From IMG/VR virus record IMGVR_UViG_3300015615_000721, positions 3,688 to 67,687 of that record: a stretch of 64,000 nt of DNA. The stretch is one strand, 5' to 3'. Shown in pieces: positions 10,301 through 19,765 of the stretch (position 1 is the first letter of the stretch; each line of letters begins with the position of its first letter). The translations under genes and the position numbers were made by a program. The stretch is from a virus. The notes beneath the pieces were generated by a model that saw only the letters and a list, made by a program, of their open reading frames with translations, searched no databases and had not been told where the DNA came from.

Positions 10301-10722
10301 AGGGCATTCTTGGCGCGGAGGATCGCTGGATAGTCGTCATCGCCGTCTTCGTCGTTGCGATGCAGGACAACATCGAAGACGAGAAACGTGGGAAGGACGT
10401 CGCCATGGTACTGGCCGAAGGCCAGCCATCGGCCGGGAGGAACATTGACGGTGGGGGCGATGACAGAGACATCGTCGGCCGGCGCCACGTTTCCCGCAGA
10501 CCAGAAATAGACACCGCCATGCCCGTCTCCGGGGGCATCGCGGCCGGCGAGCGCCACCGACACCGGGCGGGTCGTCAGCGCCTTCAAGTGCGCGAGCGTG
10601 TTTGCGATAACGCCCGGCAAGAGGACCGGCAGGAAATCAGGCCCAATGCCGCTGTCTTCGTCGATCGGCACGGTTCCGCCGGCCGCCGTCAAATGGACAT
10701 AGCGCGGCTGGCAGTTGGTCAT
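7309..10722 (-). CDS. Tailspike / tail fibre with a right-handed beta-helix (putative polysaccharide depolymerase)
   Basis: 1137 aa; DDYPAILRA...GGGELYF pectate-lyase-like start; repeated NVTLENV/NITV/GDDGLS rungs; phage fibre C-terminus YLYVCTAANTWRRIAL. Confidence 0.85.
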   Translation of the reverse strand: MTNCQPRYVHLTAAGGTVPIDEDSGIGPDFLPVLLPGVIANTLAHLKALTTRPVSVALAGRDAPGDGHGGVYFWSAGNVAPADDVSVIAPTVNVPPGRWLAFGQYHGDVLPTFLVFDVVLHRNDEDGDDDYPAILRAKNALIAAGGGELYFRADRTFYVRTAGVHGLHLQQQSNVTIRFGERAVLVMDNMVAGLAVSHGIYVEGPCENISLIGVHATFAALAVSRQVFAPIYFLGANLGTGDESNGGWYRGEIGGERPDLIAEGVIANVTLENVTSSNSPSVGVALVGVDRVAGRNITVRETWADGIYCRSHRRVNIDGYYGYRVGDDGLSMGSEESDPDEADIEHDFHGEGSTFSNIVIEAQQPNPVPAGSVVLLGVRDTTIKGVVCIDRFRGLRIEFGTHYTLGYPNLNINFLANRRVTITDVTCNECTQDIAVLPLECNAKTPDKWWRNEVLVSNVVGSNGGAALDIYGPGIPLNHGTPLPIWAGFTFRNLKFTNYANVSQTFIGMVDCTFDGFEIDSPISIQGFVPYAIDPDLLDADDEPMFVENRVTFRNFKGTSMTIQGLKRCWFENLESTEALRDAIVFLTCADIRVGTVRVRYPNRLSDPVANGAVTFDEFCKRCSVELVEVEQDGNDVHALGFRSSGQHWVDQVRVMTARDLAAPYVTTISDRKWIDSGMSQVGRVEWLHTGGEGGGAWGVRRFPPQPLPEAHGDANVGIYTEGQSVSHRLVYPLAANREWTLYDARAAIGDRIEIIREASATGPYSLHVQGLAPNFSPAPQTDAYTAFSVTGGAGGVLTSILVAESVELLGNDVPWTDTDQNTAVLIAQSINGGPSGFIATASQKLVFLRAPSGSRKQYNNATVDQVTTGNLLLAYGFVPRMIGGNDAGSAGEITALSTFLILGDTPTYAGTIASITVATDDGVVELLAEPVTWGPDSNRTAYLVAEAAMDNYEAHGFTVASSRNCVLIKAPPGHGAGANGWNVVVTPTGDVTTYDVKPMGGGRNPDTGETDPVPYSILTTMNGAPFRALFEFTATGWKLLTIVYDQVRYPNGKPFFDALSRPLNLNGDPIVDEYKNVKYASGAVLGWDSGMLAMGLSAPPGSSSSFGNAGMITFDAGYLYVCTAANTWRRIALSAF

Positions 10723-10740
10723 GGCCTGTCTCCAGCCCGG

Positions 10741-11547
10741 CTAGAGCTTGATGATCACGAGTTCGATGATGAAAGGCGGCATGTTGTCGTGTGGCTCACC
10801 ACCGCCGGTGTCGCCGGTATTCACGTTCGTCATGCCGGTGACCGAGCCACCGACGCTGTCCGAATGCGCCAGAGAATCTGCTGCGCCCCCGGTGTGATGA
10901 TGAGGAGGGAGTTTTGCCACTGTCAGCGTGTTGGTTTGGGCGCCACCGGACGTGCCAAGCACCGTGCCGTCTACACCGGTTCCTGCGACCGTGATTCGGC
11001 CGGCATCGGTGCCACCCATATCACCCTTACCGAAGCCTGCGCGGCCGTTGTAATCGGGCGTGGCGATCGCTCGGTGCGCCGCCCAGTCCGCTGCGGAGGA
11101 GCCGCCGCGCGCAACCGGCGCGCCGCCCGAGGTGTAGAGCTGCAGGTCCGGCCGATCATTCCAGTGGAGCGTGAAGAGCGCGAGAGTGTCGGGATTGGCG
11201 CGCTCAGTCGCATTGGACAAGGCGTCGCCGACCGTCCGGCCGCTGGCCCGAACCCATCCCGCCGGCGGACTCGCTCCGGTGGTGGCGCCGCGAAATCCGG
11301 TGGGCATGACGCCGGCGACGAGTGCCTGGATTGCCGCGAGCAGTTGACCGTTGTTGGCGCGATTCAGCGCGATGCTGGCGCCGCCGATGACGGTCGCAAG
11401 CTCCTCCTGCACCGTATTGAGCCAATCGCCCGAGACTACGGTACCGCTGCCGGCGCCAGGATTGTTGTTGAAGTAACCGGGATCCCCATCAGCCGGCCTC
11501 TTTGCCGGCAATGCAGCGACATTGTTCTGGGTGTCGATGCGATACAT
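10741..11547 (-). CDS. Tail fibre base / tail-collar protein
   Basis: Mu-fibre-like N-terminus (MYRID...WLNTVQEEL...QLLAAI) plus collar motifs PAGWVRASG, TPDYNGR and TGGGEPHDNMPP. Confidence 0.8.
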   Translation of the reverse strand: MYRIDTQNNVAALPAKRPADGDPGYFNNNPGAGSGTVVSGDWLNTVQEELATVIGGASIALNRANNGQLLAAIQALVAGVMPTGFRGATTGASPPAGWVRASGRTVGDALSNATERANPDTLALFTLHWNDRPDLQLYTSGGAPVARGGSSAADWAAHRAIATPDYNGRAGFGKGDMGGTDAGRITVAGTGVDGTVLGTSGGAQTNTLTVAKLPPHHHTGGAADSLAHSDSVGGSVTGMTNVNTGDTGGGEPHDNMPPFIIELVIIKL

Positions 11548-11554
11548 GGCAGCC

Positions 11555-12157
11555 TCAAACCGGAACGACGAAATAGACTTGGGTGTGCGCTGGCGCAGCG
11601 CGGCGAAGCACGCATTCGAGGGTCGCGGCGTCGGGAAAGGTGTAGAGCGGGTCTCCGGATGCCCCCTGCCCGGCGCGGAAGAACGACACCACCTGGTCGA
11701 GGATCGTCACGACCCAGACGAAGTCCGATTCGCCGACCGTGTCGCCCGCGACACTCACCCCGGCCACGAAGTCGCGCTGCTCGCGGACGGTGACGTTCCA
11801 GCCGGCCTGCGCGGCCCACAGCACCATGTTGTCAGGCGTTGGCGGATGATCGGCGAAGAAGACGTCGGCCAGCGCCGCCCAGCGATCGGCGAGCGTGCCG
11901 GGCAGTGGCTTGCAAGGATCGGGCAGGCCCGCCGCCCTCTCCCACTCCGGCAGCAGCTCGGTCGCCGTCGTCGGGAATCCCTCGATCTCGAGCAGGTTCA
12001 CCGCCCGCTCATGGCGCGCTTTCCGTTCGGTCGCGAGCACCCCGACCAGCTTGCCGAGATTCGATCCTGGCTCTCGCGACCAGGCACGGCCCGGCGGCAA
12101 GAGATCCAGGGTCGCCGACATCCACTCGTCGAAGCTCGGGCGCGGCGCCTTAGGCAT
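11555..12157 (-). CDS. Baseplate protein, Mu gp48/YmfQ-like
   Basis: LLPPGRAW, ELLPEWERAAGLPD and LECVLRRAAPAHT motifs. Confidence 0.9.
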   Translation of the reverse strand: MPKAPRPSFDEWMSATLDLLPPGRAWSREPGSNLGKLVGVLATERKARHERAVNLLEIEGFPTTATELLPEWERAAGLPDPCKPLPGTLADRWAALADVFFADHPPTPDNMVLWAAQAGWNVTVREQRDFVAGVSVAGDTVGESDFVWVVTILDQVVSFFRAGQGASGDPLYTFPDAATLECVLRRAAPAHTQVYFVVPV

Positions 12158-13262
12158 AGGTGATCGCTCCGATCGTGAACAGGCGGCCTGGCACGCCGGC
12201 AACGTTGCCGGCCGGAACCGTCAGGTCGTGGCTGTCCTCACCGGCTGCGCGCGAAATCGCTTCCTCGATCCATGACCGTGAGCAGCCGCCGCCGGGAGCC
12301 GCGCGGCGCAGCTGCATGGCCGCAAGCTCAGCGGCGATTGCCGTGCGCACCGCCGGCGTATCGGTCACCAAGTTGTCGATCGTGATCGCGATCGGCGCGG
12401 CGATCAGGGCGGTGACATAAAGGTGCGCGCAGATCGGCCGCAGCGACAGGACCTGATCTAACACGAGGCGCTGGTCGCCGGTGCCGCCCATCCCACTGCT
12501 CGGTCCTGTGCCCGGGCGGTACCAGGCATCGGTGCCGACCGGCAGTCCATCGGTGCGCGTGTCGTCGAACAGTGGATAAAGCGTCACGGCGCCCGGCGTC
12601 GGCACCGCTGGGGCGGTGAAGACACGCGTGACGCCGACCACCTTGAGCGCCGCGTTTTCCCAGTCGTTTCGGTTGCCGCCGAAGCTTGGCTGCGCCATGG
12701 CGCGTAGGGTGCGCGCGCGCAATGACGAGTCGGCCTCGGCATCGGCACCGCCAGTGAAGGCGGCCGTCACCACCGCGGAGTCCCCGAAGCCTGCCGGCGT
12801 GCCCACGAAGGTGAGCGGCACGCCAGGCACGAGATTGCCGTCGCGTCCGCCGGCGACGGCGCGGGCCGCCGCCACCACCGTCCCGTCGCCGCCGATCGTG
12901 GCGTCGACGCTGAGCATCACCGCCAGCCCGCCGGCCGTCTGCAGCTGCGTGCCGATCAGCGCTACATAGGTGGGCGTCCCTGACAGGGTGACCGTGCCGG
13001 CTGCTGTGGTCGCCGCGCGGCGTGACAGGCCCTTGGCCGACGCCCAGCGCTCCAAGTACTCGCTGGCGGCCGAAAACGGGAAGAGCTGCAGCGCCAGCCA
13101 GTCGAGAAAAGCTAGGTCGTCGTCGGTGCTGGCGGCGATCATGGTCACCAGCGGCCGGGCAGCGGACTGGCGCAGGTTGGTATCTGCCCCTGGAAAGGCG
13201 GCGCGGTAGAGAGCGCCGGCGCGGGCAATCAGCTGAGCATAGGTCGGACGCTCGTACGGCAA
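12150..13262 (-). CDS. Baseplate J / Mu gp47-like
   Basis: YLERWASAKGLSRRAAT and GGADAEADSSLRAR...GGNRNDW motifs. Confidence 0.9.
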   Translation of the reverse strand: MPYERPTYAQLIARAGALYRAAFPGADTNLRQSAARPLVTMIAASTDDDLAFLDWLALQLFPFSAASEYLERWASAKGLSRRAATTAAGTVTLSGTPTYVALIGTQLQTAGGLAVMLSVDATIGGDGTVVAAARAVAGGRDGNLVPGVPLTFVGTPAGFGDSAVVTAAFTGGADAEADSSLRARTLRAMAQPSFGGNRNDWENAALKVVGVTRVFTAPAVPTPGAVTLYPLFDDTRTDGLPVGTDAWYRPGTGPSSGMGGTGDQRLVLDQVLSLRPICAHLYVTALIAAPIAITIDNLVTDTPAVRTAIAAELAAMQLRRAAPGGGCSRSWIEEAISRAAGEDSHDLTVPAGNVAGVPGRLFTIGAITYA

Positions 13263-13289
13263 ACCTCGTCCTCCCGAAACTTAACAATG

Positions 13290-13760
13290 TCAGGCCAGGC
13301 CCGACCACAGCAGGTCGGCGCGCCAATTATCCCGAACGCCGCTCGGCCGAATCAGCTCGACCGAGATCCCGACCTTGTCGGCCGGCATGAACTCCACCGT
13401 GACGGTGAGCGTGCGCGCAACGCCGTCGTCGACCAGCCACTCGAGCGCGCGGGTCGCCGCGGCCTGTAGGTTAAGGCGCACTGACTCGGACTTCTTTTCC
13501 CGCGCGTACAGCCACAACAGGGAGCCCAACGACTCCTCCGCTGCGCGCCCCCAATCCGCCCACCACCCGCGGCGATCGCGCCCGAGGTCGGGGGTCAGTT
13601 CAGCCGCAAAGTCGTCCGCACTGGCCAGGGCGTCAGTGAACAGCGAGGCCCACACAGCCCCTTCGAGGAAGCCGCCGTTGCCGATGCCGGGATCAAGATC
13701 GCCGCCCGGCGCCAGGGCCAGGTCGAAAGTGCCGCGTGCACGGTCGAAGACGAGGCGCAT
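13290..13760 (-). CDS. Mu gp46-like baseplate protein
   Basis: SLFTD...RRGWWAD...GSLLWL..REK...ALEWLVDDGVA. Confidence 0.9.
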   Translation of the reverse strand: MRLVFDRARGTFDLALAPGGDLDPGIGNGGFLEGAVWASLFTDALASADDFAAELTPDLGRDRRGWWADWGRAAEESLGSLLWLYAREKKSESVRLNLQAAATRALEWLVDDGVARTLTVTVEFMPADKVGISVELIRPSGVRDNWRADLLWSGLA

Positions 13761-13839
13761 GGGTGCCTTTCCCCGCAAAGCACCGGCGGCAGCAGCGCCG
13801 TCACAGGCGCGAGAGTCGCACAGGGCAGAAGAGCAGTAG

Positions 13840-14310
13840 TCAGACCGGCAATGCGGGATCCATCATCGGCCACGTGCCGCTGTGGGTCCCCGTGTCGGCA
13901 TCGATGACTGAGTAGTGGTCGCCGCAGCGGATCTCGACCCGCTTCGCCTTGATCTTGACCGTGCCTGCTTTCGGGTCGTCCGTGAGCTTGATCCAGTGCC
14001 ACGGCGCATTGAGCGCATGGGCGCCGTAAACCATCGTCTCGCCGGCGGCGAGATCCGTAGGCCGCGCGCGGCGATCGTCATGCGCCAGCGCCATGCCGGC
14101 GTCGCGCTCGCCGTTGGCAAATACAGCGAACACCTCGGCGCCGGGCGTCGGCTGCGAGGCGATCCCATAGCCCTGCGGCAAGCCGACCCGGCGCAGCTCA
14201 CCCCGCGAGAATTCGGCCTGCGCCTGGGCCAGACCATTGCGAACGTCGGCATGGCGGACGACGCCGCGAGCGAATAACGAGGCCAGGCGCCGATTGAGGT
14301 CTTCGCTCAT
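13840..14310 (-). CDS. Baseplate spike, Mu gp45-like
   Basis: QGYGIASQP..GAE....NGERD...DDRR.RP..L.AGET..Y. Confidence 0.85.
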   Translation of the reverse strand: MSEDLNRRLASLFARGVVRHADVRNGLAQAQAEFSRGELRRVGLPQGYGIASQPTPGAEVFAVFANGERDAGMALAHDDRRARPTDLAAGETMVYGAHALNAPWHWIKLTDDPKAGTVKIKAKRVEIRCGDHYSVIDADTGTHSGTWPMMDPALPV

Positions 14311-15440
14311 TCAATACTTGCCTTCTGGATGTTACCGACGTCGCTCCAACGACTGCTCCCTCCGTCGCCGCCGCCTGCCGCCGATTCGGGTGGCTCGGGC
14401 GTGAAAGCCTCGGGCGGCGCCAGAGTTAGCTCGACCACCTCGCCCTGGCTGCCTTTGCTGTAGGTCACATGCGCGAGAGCCAAGTCGGCGGCCAGGTTCA
14501 TTGCCGGGATTTCGACCGCGACCAGCAGATTGGGTTTCCACAGCTCGCCGTTCGATTGCCGCCAGCCCGCTCGGATTGCCGTGACGCCGAGCGACTTTCC
14601 TATGTTGCGGCGTGCCTCCCATTCGGCTCGGGCGAGCGCACCCTCTTTTTTCGCCGCACCCTCGTTTTGGATCGTCTTGGGGCGATAGCGCGGAACGCCC
14701 TTGTCAGCCACCGAGCCTTCGACATGGGCCAGCGTCCCGGCAACGGTCGCAACGTTGCTGCCGGCATCGGCCCACCGCTCGCCGGCTTGCGCCTTTACCT
14801 TGTAGATCGAGAAGCGGCCCGACATATCGCGCTTGGTCGAGACCTTCTTCAGCCCATCGGCGGGATGTACGAGCTTGTCGTGGGCGCGAATTGTAGCGAG
14901 GCGCGCCAGCACGAGCCTGCCCTCTTCGTCATCCATCACCAGCAGCTGACGCTGCCGGGCGAGACGCTCGATCAGCTTCCAGGCCGACTCTCCGTGATGT
15001 GCCGCGGCAACCGCATAGGCCGCTCCAGTGTCCTGGGCGACGACGTCGACCTTGAACGGCGCCGCGACCTTGCGCGCGACCTGGGCAATGTCGAGACCGG
15101 CCAGCTCCACAGTCTCATAGTCAGGCGTGCAGTCGATCAAGTCGGCCGTCTTGCTGCGGCCGCTGATGGTGATGCCGGTCGCGTTTGAATCACGTTCCTG
15201 CTCGACGGCATCTACGTAGCCGGTCAGTACCTTATCCTTGCCGATCAGGATTTCGCATGGCGCACCTTCCGGAATCAGGAACACGGCATCTGACCCGGGC
15301 CAGCGGTTCGTCGCACCGATCCGGAAGTCGCCAGCGGCGCGTTCGATACCGCGGCCGACATGGATGTCGAGCCAGCCGGCGAACTCCTTCCCGCCCACGA
15401 TCAGCTTCAGAACGTGGTTCGGGTCGGGGAACGTCGGCAT
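14307..15440 (-). CDS. Baseplate hub, Mu gp44-like
   Basis: FAGW..I...RGIE, LTGYVD, GRSKTADLIDC and LWKPNLLV motifs. Confidence 0.9.
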   Translation of the reverse strand: MPTFPDPNHVLKLIVGGKEFAGWLDIHVGRGIERAAGDFRIGATNRWPGSDAVFLIPEGAPCEILIGKDKVLTGYVDAVEQERDSNATGITISGRSKTADLIDCTPDYETVELAGLDIAQVARKVAAPFKVDVVAQDTGAAYAVAAAHHGESAWKLIERLARQRQLLVMDDEEGRLVLARLATIRAHDKLVHPADGLKKVSTKRDMSGRFSIYKVKAQAGERWADAGSNVATVAGTLAHVEGSVADKGVPRYRPKTIQNEGAAKKEGALARAEWEARRNIGKSLGVTAIRAGWRQSNGELWKPNLLVAVEIPAMNLAADLALAHVTYSKGSQGEVVELTLAPPEAFTPEPPESAAGGGDGGSSRWSDVGNIQKASIE

Positions 15441-15441
15441 G

Positions 15442-16683
15442 TCAGAAGCTCAACCTCTCCCCCTGCGCGGGCAGGAAGCTCGGATGAATGGCGCCGGTGC
15501 GAGCGACGAGTTCGGCGGCACGGGCGGGCAGGTTGCCGTCATCCGGGTACCAGAGCTGCGCCAAGCGCTTCGCCGCCTGCGGCCGATTGATCACATAAGC
15601 CACGAGGCGCGCCTTGTCGGCGCCCGCGGCGGAAATGGCGTTGATCGCCGTGCTCTGCAGATCCTGCAGCACCGCCCGCGCGTCACCCTCAGTTCCGGTC
15701 GTCGCATCGATTTCCGCATCGAAAGCCTCGGCCAGGCGCGTGCGCAGTGCGACGGCATCATCGTAGCTGGCGAACTCGACCCGGGCCGACAAGCGCGCGA
15801 TTTCGGCCAACGCGGTGCGCCTGACGGCCGTCGCGACCGCGGCTTCATTTCCCGTCGCGGCTTGCTTGAGTGGCGTGTCGGCCGACCCCGGAGGCGCGAT
15901 AGCCGGCATGCCTTGGTAGACGCTCCACAGCGCGTCGATCGTGCGGGTGCGCGACGCGGAGGTCGGCTGGTCGCCGACCAGGGTATCGGCCCAGCCGCCG
16001 ACCAGACCGATCGTCGCCTGGGCAAAGCCCGCGAGGGCGAAGACGCCACCGAGCTTCTCGCTGAAACCGCCGGTCAGGAGCAGCGCCTGCGCAATCGCGG
16101 TCGCCGGCGCGCGGCCGGCGGCGACCTGGGCGGCGATGTTGAGCACGCCGATCACATCGCCTGCGGCGGACTGCACCGCCTGGATCGCCTCTTGCGCCTG
16201 CCCCACGACCTTCAGTGCGCCGTCGAGCGCGTCCCCGAACGCCGTTTTGGCCTTGTCGGCGAGGTCGATCAGCGCCGACGGCCAGGAGATCGACGACGTC
16301 GGAAAGAAGTTCTGCCCCGACTCGACGAAGGAAACGGCGTATTCGACCCAGTCGGTCCGGCTCTTGTCGAGCCGTTCGTCGAAAGTGTCGACCAGAACCG
16401 TCTGTCGGCCGCGGGTCGGATGCTGCAGCACACCAGGCCCGGCCTTCTCGAGCGCGGCGACGAAGGCCTTGGCCTGCAATCGGGCGAGCGGCCCCACGAA
16501 ATAGCAGGCAAGCTGGAACCTGCGAGCGCGCCGGCCAAGATCCTCGGCATAGGGCAGGTCGCGATCGGGATACTCATGCAGGGCGTGACGCCGCCCGCCC
16601 GGCGCACTTGCCTGGGCGATATTAAAGGCAATGCCTCGGAAGCTGCCCCCGAGTGCGCGCGTCGGATTGATGCGTAAAGCCAT
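15442..16683 (-). CDS. DNA circularisation protein, Mu N/gp43-like
   Basis: GSFRGIAF...GGRR...HEYPDRDLPYAEDLGR...GPG.L.HP; C-terminal IHPSFLP. Confidence 0.9.
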   Translation of the reverse strand: MALRINPTRALGGSFRGIAFNIAQASAPGGRRHALHEYPDRDLPYAEDLGRRARRFQLACYFVGPLARLQAKAFVAALEKAGPGVLQHPTRGRQTVLVDTFDERLDKSRTDWVEYAVSFVESGQNFFPTSSISWPSALIDLADKAKTAFGDALDGALKVVGQAQEAIQAVQSAAGDVIGVLNIAAQVAAGRAPATAIAQALLLTGGFSEKLGGVFALAGFAQATIGLVGGWADTLVGDQPTSASRTRTIDALWSVYQGMPAIAPPGSADTPLKQAATGNEAAVATAVRRTALAEIARLSARVEFASYDDAVALRTRLAEAFDAEIDATTGTEGDARAVLQDLQSTAINAISAAGADKARLVAYVINRPQAAKRLAQLWYPDDGNLPARAAELVARTGAIHPSFLPAQGERLSF

Positions 16684-18401
16684 CAGTACGAGTGTCCCAG
16701 GCCTGGCGGCAGCATCGAATAGCCGACGTTCGGGTTGAGCTTTACCGCACCAGTGTTCGCCACCGCGGCAGTGGTGCCCGGAGGTGCACCGGTGATGTTG
16801 ATGTCGAGCTGCCCGGTCACCCGCTGCGCCGGTGGCGATGCAGCGGCAGGCGACCCTGGTTGAAAAGCGTACCCGCCGGCGCCGGCAAGCGCTGCCGCGC
16901 CAACCGAATCGGTGAAGGCCGGCGTCGCCGGGGCGTTCAATGTCTTCACGCCCCCGCCGACAAAGTCGATCGCCTTACCGATCGGGGCCCAGATCTTCTC
17001 GAACACCGCGACCCATTCCTGCAGCCGCTTGAGGGTCGCCGCCACCATGTCGTCAATCACGCGCTCGAGCGACTTTCCCCACTTGTCGAGATCGAGACCA
17101 AAGAGCGCCTTCGTCAGGTCGTTGATGGCCGCAAACACCAGGTTCACGCCGACATTGACCGTTTGAAAGACAGCACCAATCGTGCCCCACTTCTCGAAGG
17201 CCTCGCTGACGGCGGCCTTTGCCTCGTCCCAGTGCTTGACCAGCTCGATTGCGGTACCGACCAAGAGGGCGCCGGCGGCGAGGTAAGGGTTGCTGAGCAT
17301 AGCCGCAGTCATCCGGCCGATTGCCAAGGTCACGGTGCTGATCGCGGCGAATACCGGCCCGGCCAGGGTGAGGCCGAGCACGCTGATGCCGGCCGTGAAA
17401 ACATCGGTCTTCGATATCCCCGCCAGCATCTGGCTGATGAAGGGAATGGACATCACTGCCGTGAAGGCCATGCCGACATACCTAACGGCGGTTTCGATCT
17501 TGGCAATGCGGCGGTCCATGGCCTGGCCCAAGAACTCGCGGTTGGCCACGATCCAGTCGGTGATCCGGTTCACAACCTTGCTGATGATCGGCGCCATGCC
17601 CGCCGACAGGCGAGTCGACAGGCCCGAGCCCGCCTTATCCAGATACTTGTAGCTCTCGGCCAGCTCGCCTAGCCCATTTCGATGCTCTGCACTCAGACCG
17701 GAGAACTTCTTCATCTCGGCGCGAAGATCGGTGATGCCCGCCCGACCCTTGACCAGGAAGGGCAGCAGCTCGGCGCCGGACTTGCCGAACAGGGCGATCG
17801 CCATGGCGTCGCGCGTTGCGGCATTCTCCGTGCGCTTGAACGCTTCGGCAATATCCTCGAGCGACTCGTCGACCCCTTTGACCTTGCCCTTGGCATTGAG
17901 CATCGAAATGCCCATGCGCTGGTACAACAGCGCGACGTCCTTGTTCTTCCCGGTCGCGGCGTCGTACGTTGTCTTGTTGAGCTTCAGCAAGCCCTTCTCG
18001 AGCTGCTCGGACTCGACGTTGACCAGCTTCGCCGCGAACCGCCAGACAGCTAAGTCGCCGGAACTCACACCCAGCTTCTTCGCGGCCAACGCCGCCCCTT
18101 CATAACCCTCCGCCGCCTTCTTCGTCATGGACACCAAGCCGCTCAGCGACGCCGCCGTCCCGATGGCACCGAGAGCGGGCACCCACGACGTGATCGATCC
18201 CAACCCGGACCGAAACTTGCTCGCCACGCCATCGACCGCCGATCCCACCTTGCCAAGCGCAGTCGTCTTAGGCTCGGCGACAGCCTCATTCACGGCTTTG
18301 ATGGGATGCAGCAGCCGCGAGAACGCCGAGCCGACGCCGCGCACGACTTCCGTCGCCTTGTCGATCGCGCTGATCGTCGTCTTTACCGAGTAGTCCGGCA
18401 T
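16683..18401 (-). CDS. Tape measure protein
   Basis: 572-aa Ala-rich helical protein with ALFGKSGAELLPFL; position between chaperone and gp43. Confidence 0.85.
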   Translation of the reverse strand: MPDYSVKTTISAIDKATEVVRGVGSAFSRLLHPIKAVNEAVAEPKTTALGKVGSAVDGVASKFRSGLGSITSWVPALGAIGTAASLSGLVSMTKKAAEGYEGAALAAKKLGVSSGDLAVWRFAAKLVNVESEQLEKGLLKLNKTTYDAATGKNKDVALLYQRMGISMLNAKGKVKGVDESLEDIAEAFKRTENAATRDAMAIALFGKSGAELLPFLVKGRAGITDLRAEMKKFSGLSAEHRNGLGELAESYKYLDKAGSGLSTRLSAGMAPIISKVVNRITDWIVANREFLGQAMDRRIAKIETAVRYVGMAFTAVMSIPFISQMLAGISKTDVFTAGISVLGLTLAGPVFAAISTVTLAIGRMTAAMLSNPYLAAGALLVGTAIELVKHWDEAKAAVSEAFEKWGTIGAVFQTVNVGVNLVFAAINDLTKALFGLDLDKWGKSLERVIDDMVAATLKRLQEWVAVFEKIWAPIGKAIDFVGGGVKTLNAPATPAFTDSVGAAALAGAGGYAFQPGSPAAASPPAQRVTGQLDINITGAPPGTTAAVANTGAVKLNPNVGYSMLPPGLGHSY

Positions 18402-18557
18402 CTTCCGTCAACCTTCTTGCCCTGTATTTCCCGGCTGAACCACTGAACTGGCCTGCGTCGAAGATGGTGCAGCCAGCGGGCGCCGCGCGACCGTCGTTTG
18501 CTGGAACTCAGACGGAATGCTAGCCTTAGCGCGGTTCCACGCGTTTATATCCGGGGA

Positions 18558-19259
18558 ATGTCGGTCGAAATGTCTTTGAGGCTCCAGTTCACGGGCTGGT
18601 TCGGCGAACTCAAGACCGTCTTTGAGAAAAGGCTCTTTCTGCGGTCGTCCGATTACGTTGATATAAACGACGTAACGATAAGGACCCGCCGAGGCACCGC
18701 GCAAATCGATCATGTGATCATCTCTCGCTACGGCGTGTTCGTAGTGGAGACCAAGAATATGAGCGGATGGATATTCGGGCGTAAGGACGATCCCATTTGG
18801 ACGAAGACAAACAGAGGGAACAAGCTCAAGTTTCAGAACCCCTTACATCAAAACGAAAGCCACATCAGGGCCCTTTCAACCTTGCTCAAACTCCCGTCCG
18901 AGAGGATGCATTCCGTCGTCGTATTTCGGGGCAATTGCAGCCTGAGGACCGAAATGCCTCCAAACGTCTTAACGGGCGGCTACATTTCTTACATCAAGAG
19001 CAAGAGGCAGGTGCTCTTCACCGAGGCTGAAGTGAAGCTGATTGTGGCCGCCATCAAAGCAGAGATGCTGCCGAGGACGCGCGCTACACACCTGAAACAC
19101 ATTGATCATTTGAAGCAACGCTTCGAGAGCACCACGACCTGTGCCAGGTGCGGCAACCCGCTGGTACTTAGGACTGCCAGGTCCGGCAGCAATGCGGGAA
19201 ACCAGTTCTTGGGTTGCAGCCGGTATCCGTCGTGCCGGTATGTCCGGAAGGCCCAATAG
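18558..19259 (+). CDS. NERD nuclease domain plus topoisomerase-type C4 zinc ribbon (moron)
   Basis: QIDHVIISRYGVFVVETKNMSGWIFG...FQNPLHQN; C-terminal CARCG...FLGCSRYPSC. Opposite strand to the tail genes. Start uncertain (18498-18570). Confidence 0.9.
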   Translation: MSVEMSLRLQFTGWFGELKTVFEKRLFLRSSDYVDINDVTIRTRRGTAQIDHVIISRYGVFVVETKNMSGWIFGRKDDPIWTKTNRGNKLKFQNPLHQNESHIRALSTLLKLPSERMHSVVVFRGNCSLRTEMPPNVLTGGYISYIKSKRQVLFTEAEVKLIVAAIKAEMLPRTRATHLKHIDHLKQRFESTTTCARCGNPLVLRTARSGSNAGNQFLGCSRYPSCRYVRKAQ

Positions 19260-19297
19260 CCGCTTATACAATCATTCCGCCGGACGAAGCTGCGCCT

Positions 19298-19477
19298 CTA
19301 GACTTGCGCCTTGGCGCGCTCGCGGGCGATACGATCGGCGTGCGCAAACCAGACCGTCAGCTCGCCGATCGGTGTGTTGAGGACGATCGCGGGGTCTATT
19401 CCGCCCCAAAAGAAGGCCAGATCGTAGATCCGGGCGATCAATCGTCCGTCTTCGGCGGCGCCAATACGAGAAAAGGG
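19298..19477 (-). CDS. -1 frameshift extension of the tail chaperone (G/GT type)
   Basis: Slippery C CCT TTT at 19477-19471. The -1 frame reads ...IYDLAFFWGGIDPAIVLNTPIGELTVWFAHA... to TAG at 19298. Confidence 0.75.
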   Translation of the reverse strand, partial: PFSRIGAAEDGRLIARIYDLAFFWGGIDPAIVLNTPIGELTVWFAHADRIARERAKAQV

Positions 19478-19764
19478 CCGATGGCTTCCTCGCAGCGCTG
19501 GAAGTCGAGCGCGGCCAACCGGTCGATATCCGGTTCGACGAGCTGGTCGGCACTCAGCATCACCAGCATCTCGACGGTGGCTGCCAAGGCGTCCTTCTTC
19601 TTCTGCACGTCGTTGATCATGCGGAGCTGCTTGAAGCTGGGCGTGCGAAAGGTAAGCGTGGTCAGCGTTTCCTCGCCCGCCGTCTTCTTCAACGGACGTT
19701 TCAGCCGGACCTCGACCGTCTCGGGAATGTCGACGTCGGGATTGCGTTGGTCGAACGCCTCCAT
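19438..19764 (-). CDS. Tail assembly chaperone
   Basis: VRLKRPL...LTFRTP...IDRLAALDF; immediately downstream of the tube gene. Confidence 0.85.
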   Translation of the reverse strand: MEAFDQRNPDVDIPETVEVRLKRPLKKTAGEETLTTLTFRTPSFKQLRMINDVQKKKDALAATVEMLVMLSADQLVEPDIDRLAALDFQRCEEAIGPFLVLAPPKTDD

Positions 19765-19765
19765 C

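Noticed and set aside
7309..11547. Mu G-type invertible tail-fibre segment
   Set aside because: No inverted alternative fibre end or flanking inverted repeats seen; the only small serine recombinase is more than 40 kb away in the other element.
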